Shown piece after piece: positions 51,101 through 61,778 of a stretch of 64,000 bases of DNA (position 1 is its first letter; every line of letters begins with the position of its first letter). The translations under genes were made by a program, and so were the position numbers. The DNA is taken from the NCBI RefSeq assembly GCF_964194025.1, contig NC_134468.1, positions 1,488,001-1,552,000 of the forward strand. The letters run 5' to 3'. The DNA comes from Convolutriloba macropyga (taxonomy: Eukaryota). The notes under the pieces were generated by a model. The model saw only the letters and a program-made list of their open reading frames with translations. It was not told the DNA's origin and ran no database searches.

Positions 51101-53503
51101 ACATTGCATACAGTAATATCTAAGTCACAGAAATGTAACAATTGACAAGTTTCTTTGCTTGAAAATAAAGAAGTAGTACCCAAGTTTTTGCTCCATAAAA
51201 TGAGAAGCCCGCCGGATTTACCTGTTGCGGCATTAAAGTGATAGTCAAGTTTAAATTTATCTAATAGTGCTTTTTGAGCATTTTTCAGATACGAGCACTT
51301 CATTTCCTGTAGACAAATTATAAAGTTATTATTAGATTTCTGACGAGACAAGTGAAATTTCATCTTTTTGCAATCGCGGATCTTTTAACCAGGTTTATTC
51401 ACTTTTTGGCGCTTTTCATCTATTTCTGAAAGCGCTTTAGGACTATCATTAGAAGTTTTGAAGTGTCGTTTCTGTCTCACTAACTGAAACGGATATTCCG
51501 AATTAGGGTGATCAATATTTGACCAAAGCAGAAGTTTAGAAGATTTTTTTTCATCAGAAAGGTCAGCGATTTGAAGATCTGTACACAGACTTTCATCAGA
51601 GCTTGAATCAGAATTTTCAGAAAGCGGATAATATTTATTTTCAACGAATTGCTTCGTATTAACACTGCTGTTTTTGTCTAAAGCATTCGCGTCTTGAGAA
51701 GAGTCCTTATCTTTGTGCTCAATTGTCGTTCTTTCAATTTCTTTTGCTGGAGTTAGAGGCATAGTTGTAGCAACTGCGCTTTGATCGCTTACAAGCTCGT
51801 TATTTTGTTCAACCGTAATACAAGGAGTATTTTGTAGTTCAACAGTATCATGAGTAAGTGTTGTGTATTTATTTTCTAGTTGTATATTAGTGTCAGCAGA
51901 AGTAGCGTTGTTGGATATTGCGTTTTCATCAACGGTTTTCTGTTTTGCAGCAAGCAGACACCAGTCAACATGATGTCCCTGATAAAGTTTTTTGTGTTTT
52001 ACACAAAAGTCGCATTTGTGTAACGAGGGAACATGAAAGCGAATAGCTACATTATTCCACATCACACACTCCCATTCTTGCGTTATAGGACCAATCTCTG
52101 AGAAGAGTTTCTTGCTCAGAATCAGACACCGTTACACTAAGTGTAGCTTTCCCATTAAAAAAGGACTCATCATTACAGTTCTTTTCTTTTTTGATGGCAG
52201 TGTCATGAATAATGTTCGGTGGTAAGCATAATAAATGTTTTACAGCTACTTTATTGCAAATCACTGGTAAATTGTTGAATTTGATGTGAACTTTCTTGGG
52301 GTAAAAGGCCATTGAATAAGGGTTAAGTGGCATTTTGTCCATCGGGAAGACTGTTTTGCCAAGAATTTGCAGGCCTTGAGTACGAATTTTGATATAAGTG
52401 AGCTTTGCTTCTGGGGGAGATATGACAGTTATACTGTGAAGCAGCTTGTCTTTACTCTTTGTAAAAGTTTTTGAAATTTTAACTTTTTCTTTCAAGTCAC
52501 TGGGGAACTCGTCCAAGATAACTTTTGCACAATCACGAAAACATTGCTCAAGTTTATTGGGGTCTGTAACATCATTTTGGATAGTGGGGGAATAAATTGC
52601 ACTATTTGTAACTTTTGTCGTCAAAAGCAACATGTTTTTCAACGTGAGTTACACTCGCATAGCTAGAGGGAGAATCCATCTTTAATCAAATTAACAACAA
52701 ACTAACTGAATATGAAAGCATGAAAAAATCTTAAGATAAATTAAACTAAGAAAAAACAAAGGATCAACGCAAACATAAATAACACTAATGCACCAAAACG
52801 AAAGAAATGATGAAATGAACTAATGAAAAGTGGTAAAATAACAGGAATAAAGAGAAAACAGTGACTTAACAGGAAAGTAACGGGAGTGAAATAAAGTACG
52901 GAATGAAAAAAAGAGGGAAATAACAGTTATGAAGAGGATGGAGGGGGGGGTTGAGAGGTGACAGGGGAATGAAATAATAAATTTAAAAAATACAGAAATA
53001 AAGGATTTAAGTTTGAAAATTAAAAGTATTAAGAATGTAGAAGAATTTATTTACAGGATATAAAATTAAACAGGATAAGAAGAACCTTCATAATTTGTTA
53101 GAATAACGGAATTCTGGGAGAAAATGACAATTCTGACTTAAAAAAAGGAATAACCCTTAGATTTTTTGGGGTTAGGGCGGGGAATGAACCCCCGGCCTGT
53201 TTCCTACCAGACTAGTCCCGCAGATCAACTAGTAGGTATACGTGACTTTACTACTGGGACTCTTAACAGCTAATGTTAGAACAAGAATAAGAGTGGATTT
53301 TGTAAGCGTAGGTTTTACATGGGCGAATAGGATATAAATAAAGAACAGTAAAATGGACGAGAGTGAAGTAAAACATGGGCGCAAACAATTCATATTTGTA
53401 CTGTCCGGAACGTACGATAATCTACTTTTCAAATCTATGTGAAACCAAGTGATATAAGCCGACACCAGGTTAGTGTATTCCGCCATTTAGTTTTTAGGTT
53501 ACA
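48135..53503 (-). mobile_element. L1/Tx1-like family C, near full length, copy 1 (122-bp deletion removes the ORF2 start)
   Basis: 10-bp direct repeats ATTTGAACTT at 48125-48134 and 53504-53513. ORF1 from ATG 52679 (SYAS motif, zinc knuckle). ORF2 has APE, RT (APGADG, FRPINLLNTDVKI, DFSKAFD, GVKQGCPLS, YAND at 49404-49415) and C-terminal CSFC…EHLLFNC. Confidence 0.9.
53171..53268 (-). ncRNA. Putative conserved structured RNA in family C leader (copy at ~60304-60401)
   Basis: Same fold as in family B with covarying pairs. Confidence 0.55.
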
Positions 53504-53675
53504 ATTTGAACTTGCCTATCGTGTACTGGTTAAAATCTAAATCGGTTTTGTTTTAGCTGGTAATGATCACATTTTCTTAAGATTAGGAAGGAAGCTCGGT
53601 CCTTCTTTTTCTACGTTTCGTTGACACTTAGTAGCACTACTTTTCATTTTGATAATTTGATTACTGCGCGCTGTT

Positions 53676-55134
53676 CGATTCTTATATAAGTCGAAATGGT
53701 GTGAAGTCTTTTACCATCTTTAAAAAACGTTTTGGAAATAGTGAGCTTAGAGTGTAAATTTTCAGGAAATTGTTGTAGAATAGAACTTACACGTTCTTTT
53801 CATTTGAGTTGTAATTTGGAAGAATCTTTGAAATCATCCTTCGTAAACGGAGGAATAAATTGAATGTATTGTAAATCAATTTCAGATTGTAAAGTATTAT
53901 TGGGTTTATTATTTTATTATCATAAAATATTGGAATAAGACATCGTTGATGAGGGTAAAGCCATTATATTGAATATATGAATAAGAAATTCAATATAAAG
54001 TTTGAAGCAATTGTTGTTTCAGGGATCAGAGTTTTGATCAGACTTGACGCTATTCGAATACCTGCTATAATTCAGCGACACAGTAATCACATCAGTTGGA
54101 CAAACTGACTGGGAGTTATAAATCAAAGTAAACATCAAAATATACAGCAATAAAATGAAAGTGGAATTAACTGAATATGAATGCCAACAGGAAATAGTCT
54201 AAAGGTAAAATAAACTACACAATCTAAATAATCTAAACAAATAAAGGATAACAAAATGAAAAGAGATAATTACAAATAAAGGGTAACAAAAGGAAAAGAA
54301 ATAATTATAAATCCAGGGAAACAAAAAGAAAGTAAAAATTACAAATAACAGTAACTCAAACATATAAATCTAAAACTATTGAACTAAAACAAAAGAACTG
54401 ATGAACTGAACAAATACTAATAGAGAATGGAAAAAAAGGCAAATGAAGTAAAGTAACAGGAATAAAAAAAAGTTATGAAGAGGGTGGAGGGGAGGGGGTT
54501 GGTTGGTTGAGAGGTGGGGGAAAAGGACGCAGGTAATGGAATAGTAAACTTAAAATTTGCAGAAATAGAGAATTTAAATTTGAAAATTAAAAGTATTAAA
54601 AATAAACAAGAAAATTACAGCATAAGAGTTTGCAATTACAAAGAAGATTTGAATAAATTCATTTATAATTTGTTGTAATAACGGGGCTGAAAAATGAATG
54701 GAATATATGAATGGAATTCATCATATCAGGTAAGCAGTAAAGAAAGGGTAATCAGGTTATAGAAATCAAGGTGAAAATGATGATTTAGAAAAAAAGCAAT
54801 AACCCTTAGATTTTTATTGCTATAGCGGGGAATGAACCCCCGTCCTGTTTCCTACCAGAATAGTCCCGCAGATCAATTTGTAGGTATACGTGAATTACTA
54901 CAGGGACTCTTATAAACTAATGTTAGAACAAGAATATAAGTAGATTTTGTAAGCGTAGATTTTATATGAGGGTATAGGTTATATATAAAGAATAGTGAAA
55001 TGGACGAGAAAGAAGTATATTATGGGCGCAAAACTGTTCATATTTGTGCTGTCCGGAAGATACGAAAATCTACATTTCAAATCTGTGAGCAACCAAATCA
55101 TATTAGCCGACAAATAAAGCAATAATTAATAGAC
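53676..55134 (-). mobile_element. Duplicate of the family B 5' portion (leader and ORF1 start)
   Basis: Matches 46666-48124 at offset 7010. Confidence 0.9.
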
Positions 55135-55144
55135 ATTTGAACTT

Positions 55145-58100
55145 TATACCGTGCGGGAGGCACGATAATCATGTTTTTCAATCTACTGGAAACTAAAGCA
55201 CAGTAGACTTCAACAGGTTCTGAATATTTAAAATAAAAAGGAGAAGTTACATTATGACAGCATTATACACAATCAGGCAAAAACAAATTTTTCAAACAGT
55301 TGTTCATTTAGTTTTCTACATTTTGAATGAAGTTTTAGAGAAAAGTTTTTGTGTCAACTGGGTTATCTAGCCATCCTGTCAATAGAACACTAGTAACAAA
55401 CCGTAGTTTTGAATTCGATGCTGTAACAAAAAAATCTTCCAAAGATGAGACATCGTATTAGGTGCGTAAATGCGTGAGATTGTTACAATTAAAAAGCAGA
55501 TGCTCAGAAGTTTCAAACTCCTCTTGACAAAAACTGCAAAGTGGGGATTCAGCTTAATAGTGAAGCCATCGTACTTGTTTGTCAATCAAAGTATTATAAC
55601 ATAGTCGGAAAAGCAAATCCTTTTGATATGGTAACAGTTTATCCGCTTTCCAGAGTTTCCAAGGGAAGGGTTTAAGAGTTTCATAATCTATATTGAATCG
55701 GGCAGCAGATTTCCGAAGTCGTTCACAGTTTGAATCTTTAAATTTGAACATTAACATGTTATACACTCTTTTGAACATCGGCGTAGGATGCAAACTTAGT
55801 GATGGGATATCTTGGTCGGAGACAAGCTGCATGTCATCATTGATGACGAAGTGAAAATGCTGTAGTAGCTTTAAACCATCAGGATTGTAATTGATGGTAT
55901 TGCGCGCAAAATCAAGTACATGGGCAGCAACAAGTTTAGCAGGAACATGCGGAAGCCTAATTCCACCATTTGCCACATTGCCACATTTGCCATGCAGAAT
56001 TTCAGCTTTTGCTTCCATTTTCTTTCCAATCTTCAATAAGGAATTCACTTCTGCTTGGCACTTTTTAACACCGTTAAGGTGGGATTTGCATGTCTCGCTT
56101 TGCAGAGGAACTTCGGTAACACAAAAGTATCTATTGCGAGAGCCTTTGCTCTCATTGTTCTGCAGCGGGCAACGGTACATTTATTTTTATTGATTAACTG
56201 TTTCATCAGCGCTAATAGATCAGTTTTAGGGTCATCAAGGTTGAAAGAAATATCCAGAATCTTCGTTTCTTTCACAGAATTATACCCATTCAAATTACGC
56301 ATGGATAATATAACCGACTTGTCAATATTGATTTCCAATGAAGTTTGATCACAGAAGTCACTGATTACATCAAATAGCGTTTCCAGGGATTTTATTTTTA
56401 TGCAACAGGTGATGTCATTAGCATAGGCAATTGTTTTTCTCCGAAAAGGTCTTTATTTGCCCACATTCTTCTATTTCCTTCAGAAGAGGCTCAACACCTA
56501 ATATGAACAACAAGGCTGATAATGGACATCCTTGTTTAACTCCACGGTTGATGCTGAGTGGGGTAGAAAGATGACCATTTATTTCAATGAGAGCTACATT
56601 CGAATTATACATTACTTTGATTGCGCGAATAGTCATTTCATCAAAATTAAATGCTGTGAGTAATTCATACAAGTAATTTCTGTCGATTTTATCAAAGGCT
56701 TTGGAAAAGTCAATAGACACTAGACGGCGACTACGGTTCAACTTTTTCACTTTTTTCTTTATTATATGAATTGCTGAATGAATGTTCCTCTGTGGCAGAT
56801 AAAATTGGTGTGGATTTATTATTTTGTTCAAAGCATTCTTGATCCGTTCTGTTAGAATGTGAGACAGTATTTTAACATCTGTGTTCAGTAGATTGATAGG
56901 GCGAAAGTCTTTCAGATGATCAGAAATTTTCTTTTCAGGAAGCAATTTAATGACTGAGAGGCATTGACTTGGTGGTAAACATCCTTTAATGATAGCGTCA
57001 TTGTAGACGAGACATAAAATAGGGCTTAGCTCCCTGATAAAAGTACGATGGTAATTAGAGGTGAGCCCATCAGCGCCAGGAGCACTCTTGCAATTTAATT
57101 TTCTGATAGCCTTCCTTACTTCACTGACCGTTATTTCACCACCCACTTCTATGTCACTCTACTTGATTAGAAACACAGAACTTTTCAATAAGTTTTGAGC
57201 TATCAGATCTAGGTTTTTGTTGATATATTTCTTCGAAGTATGACTTGAAGACTGACAAGATTTTAGTCGGGCAATTGATCGTATCACCATTCATTTTTAA
57301 ATACGAGATAATGTTCGAAGTGTTATTAGAATTCTTCCACTGTTTGGGGAGTACCATCATTACATTGTCTCCAACTTTTTTGAAGAAACTTTCATTTAGT
57401 TTTTGCTCTTTTGCTTCAACTGAATGCACTTCATCTAGGATTTCACGAAATTTGTTCCTTACATCAAAAATTTGATCACCATTTTCAATGACTTTTCGAA
57501 GCTCATATTCAGCGTCCTCGAGCCTCTTTGTACGACTGTTCAATGTTTCTTTTATTAATGGACAGCACACGCAACAGATCACGCATGAAGAGATTTTGCT
57601 GTTCATAATCAAGTATGATATCATCAGACTGAACGTCAAATGTTCTCAAATGTTGAGAAAGAAACTGGTAATTGGGCTTAATGATACTTTCATTGAGTTT
57701 CCAGTAACTTGTGCCTCTTTCAGGGCTATTCTTTGATGAACTGAGGTGTAATAAGTAATGGTCTCAGTAAGAATTTCTATGCACTTGCATGTAGTCAAAT
57801 TTGGTTGAACTTCTAGTAAAGAAGTAGTCAATTCTAGAGGGGAAAGCTGTCGTTTATCAAAATGTGTATATTGTAAATTACTGAAAAAAAGAGCAAAGTC
57901 GAAGAGGCAATGTTTTTCCAGAACTTCAGAAAGCTTTTTAAAGCGAGATATACGAACGTCATTTTGCCGCAGGGCATTTGAAGTGTTTTCTTTCTGACAA
58001 TCGAACGCATTAAAATCCCCTGCTAGAATTATTGCACTGTTGTGTACAAAGTTGAGTGTATTCTGCAAATTAGTCCAAGCATCCACATACATACACCAAC

Positions 58101-60636
58101 TCATGTACACATTGCATACAGTAATATCTAAGTCACAGAAATGTAACAATTGACAAGTTTCTTTGCTTGAAAATAAAGAAGTAGTACCCAAGTTTTTGCT
58201 CCATAAAATGAGAAGCCCGCCGGATTTACCTGTTGCGGCATTAAAGTGATAGTCAAGTTTAAATTTATCTAATAGTGCTTTTTGAGCATTTTTCAGATAC
58301 GAGCACTTCATTTCCTGTAGACAAATTATAAAGTTATTATTAGATTTCTGACGAGTGCATTGATTTAAAACGGCCAACAATATATTAGCTTTACCGAGAC
58401 CAGCGGCATTGAGAGAGAATAGGTCAAAATTCATCTTGTCCATTAGTACTGAGGAGCGTCTCGGTCATTATGACGAGACAAGTGAAATTTCATCTTTTTG
58501 CAATCGCGGATCTTTTAACCAGGTTTATTCACTTTTTGGCGCTTTTCATCTATTTCTGAAAGCGCCTTAGGACTATCATTAGAAGTTTTGAAGTGTCGTT
58601 TCTGTCTCACTAACTGAAACGGATATTCCGAATTAGGGTGATCAATATTTGACCAAAGCAGAAGTTTAGAAGATTTTTTTTCATCAGAAAGGTCAGCGAT
58701 TTGAAGATCTGTACACAGACTTTCATCAGAGCTTGAATCAGAATTTTCAGAAAGCGGATAATATTTATTTTCAACGAATTGCTTCGTATTAACACTGCTG
58801 TTTTTGTCTAAAGCATTCGCGTCTTGAGAAGAGTCCTTATCTTTGTGCTCAATTGTCGTTCTTTCAATTTCTTTTGCTGGAGTTAGAGGCATAGTTGTAG
58901 CAACTGCGCTTTGATCGCTTACAAGCTCGTTAATTTGTTCAACCGTAATACAAGGAGTATTTTGTAGTTCAACAGTATCATGAGTAAGTGTTGTGTATTT
59001 ATTTTCTAGTTGTATATTAGTGTCAGCAGAAGTAGCGTTGTTGGATATTGCGTTTTCATCAACGGTTTTCTGTTTTGCAGCAAGCAGACACCAGTCAACA
59101 TGATGTCCCTGATAAAGTTTTTTGTGTTTTACACAAAAGTCGCATTTGTGTAACGAGGGAACATGAAAGCGAATAGCTACATTATTCCACATCACACACT
59201 CCCATTCTTGCGTTATAGGACCAATCTCTGAGAAGAGTTTCTTGCTCAGAATCAGACACCGTTACACTAAGTGTAGCTTTCCCATTAAAAAAGGACTCAT
59301 CATTACAGTTCTTTTCTTTTTTGATGGCAGTGTCATGAATAATGTTCGGTGGTAAGCATAATAAATGTTTTACAGCTACTTTATTGCAAATCACTGGTAA
59401 ATTGTTGAATTTGATGTGAACTTTCTTGGGGTAAAAGGCCATTGAATAAGGGTTAAGTGGCATTTTGTCCATCGGGAAGACTGTTTTGCCAAGAATTTGC
59501 AGGCCTTGAGTACGAATTTTGATATAAGTGAGCTTTGCTTCTGGGGGAGATATGACAGTTATACTGTGAAGCAGCTTGTCTTTACTCTTTGTAAAAGTTT
59601 TTGAAATTTTAACTTTTTCTTTCAAGTCACTGGGGAACTCGTCCAAGATAACTTTTGCACAATCACGAAAACATTGCTCAAGTTTATTGGGGTCTGTAAC
59701 ATCATTTTGGATAGTGGGGGAATAAATTGCACTATTTGTAACTTTTGTCGTCAAAAGCAACATGTTTTTCAACGTGAGTTACACTCGCATAGCTAGAGGG
59801 AGAATCCATCTTTAATCAAATTAACAACAAACTAACTGAATATGAAAGCATGAAAAAATCTTAAGATAAATTAAACTAAGAAAAAACAAAGGATCAACGC
59901 AAACATAAATAACACTAATGCACCAAAACGAAAGAAATGATGAAATGAACTAATGAAAAGTGGTAAAATAACAGGAATAAAGAGAAAACAGTGAATTAAC
60001 AGGAAAGTAACGGGAGTGAAATAAAGTACGGAATGAAAAAAAGAGGGAAATAACAGTTATGAAGAGGATGGAGGGGGGGGGGTTGAGAGGTGACAGGGGA
60101 ATGAAATAATAAATTTAAAAAATACAGAAATAAAGGATTTAAGTTTGAAAATTAAAAGTATTAAGAATGTAGAAGAATTTATTTACAGGATATGAAATTA
60201 AACAGGATAAGAAGAACCTTCATAATTTGTTAGAATAACGGAATTCTGGGAGAAAATGACAATTCTGACTTAAAAAAAAGGAATAACCCTTAGATTTTTT
60301 GGGGTTAGGGCGGGGAATGAACCCCCGGCCTGTTTCCTACCAGACTAGTCCCGCAGATCAACTAGTAGGTATACGTGACTTTACTACTGGGACTCTTAAC
60401 AGCTAATGTTAGAACAAGAATAAGAGTGGATTTTGTAAGCGTAGGTTTTACATGGGCGAATAGGATATAAATAAAGAACAGTAAAATGGACGAGAGTGAA
60501 GTAAAACATGGGCGCAAACAATTCATATTTGTACTGTCCGGAACGTACGATAATCTACTTTTCAAATCTATGTGAAACCAAGTGATATAAGCCGACACCA
60601 GGTTAGTGTATTCCGCCATTTAGTTTTTAGGTTACA
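55145..60636 (-). mobile_element. L1/Tx1-like family C, full length (~5.49 kb), copy 2, inactivated
   Basis: TSD ATTTGAACTT at 55135-55144 and 60637-60646; ORF1 ATG 59809; ORF2 ATG 58443; shares most frameshifts and the YAND motif with copy 1. Confidence 0.9.
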
Positions 60637-61212
60637 ATTTGAACTTGCCTATCGTGTACTGGTTAAAATCTAAATCGGTTTTGTTTTAGCTGGTAATGAT
60701 CACATTTTCTTAAGATTAGGAAGGAAGCTCGGTCCTTCTTTTTCTACGTTTCATTGACACTTAGTAGCACTACTTTTCATTTTGATAATTTGATTACTGC
60801 GCACTGTTCGATAGAAAGTTTTGAGCTACAAACTACGTTATCTGCAAAAGAAATTGATGCCCATCATTATTTTCACCGTTAAAAACCAATTATGTTTGAG
60901 AGCCTTTTGGAAGATGAAGTCACACAACGTCTCATGGGATGTGAAAAATATCTTTGAATCTAATATGTTTGAAATGTAATCAAATGCTTATTTTTGTCCT
61001 TATTAGTTCTCGTTTATTTAACGATAAGAAAGTGTTCAGTCAACGATGAAGTAATTTGAATATTCCATTACTTCTCGCAAAAAGGCTTAGCAAGGCAGTA
61101 TAAATAGATTTCATAAATATTCCAGTTATGTAGTCTGTGAAGTAGAGTTGCTGTTGTATTAGAAAATAGAAGTCAATGAGGAATTGTCGTAAAGTATCAT
61201 TGATTTGTTTAG

Positions 61213-61408
61213 ACACGATACAATATTCGAATCGCATCGCATAGTGCCAATGCAGTCTACAAACAGGCCAGGATCCAAAGTGAAGAGACTGGAGGTTGAA
61301 GGCCTGACCAAGTCCCGTTTCAAGTACATGTACAATAGGTCAATGCGTATCATTTACGACTTCGACACTTTTCACCACTTTTTTGGTTATGACAGATCGC
61401 TGAAGTAG
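61213..61408 (+). CDS. TMEM186: TMEM186 coding exon 3 (terminal)
   Basis: TTTGTTTAG acceptor; phase 2 completes Arg (AG|A). HDTIFESHRIVPMQSTNRP…IIYDFDTFHHFFG resembles the TMEM186 C-terminus (QDT…VIPL.ET.DRP…ILDRERFTQVFG). Joined CDS is 654 nt, 217 aa. Confidence 0.8.
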
Positions 61409-61778
61409 TTTGTTCAGTTAAAAATCTATTTCAACTGATTGAATTGCGTTATTATTTTATGAGATGGTATAATATTGAAATTTTGTATCTATACTTTCTT
61501 GCGCTCTTAGGCTGTATAATTCTCATGTCCACTTTACTAATAGAAATACTAAATTTACAGTAGACAGATACTAAAAGATCTTAAAATTCTTAGCAGTTTT
61601 TAGATCCTAAAGATTTTAAACAATTTTCCAACGATTTGCGGTAAGAAATTCTAAATTTACCGTAGACCATACTAAAGGATCTAAAATTTTTTTTTAATTT
61701 TTTAATTGTTAGGATCTTAAAAATTTTTAACAAATTTTAAAAATGGACGCAACGTATGTTATCCTTCAGATAGTGTAG

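Larger units (their letters stand above)
46666..60812. repeat. Tandem duplication 3 (46666-53679 / 53676-60812)
   Basis: Offset 7010-7133; CGAT (TGTTC[C]GAT) microhomology at the junction. Confidence 0.95.

Noticed and set aside
53171-53225. tRNA gene or HDV-like ribozyme
   Set aside because: The T-loop lacks a base, there is no full cloverleaf or A/B-box spacing, and the HDV P1/P1.1 topology could not be built on either strand.
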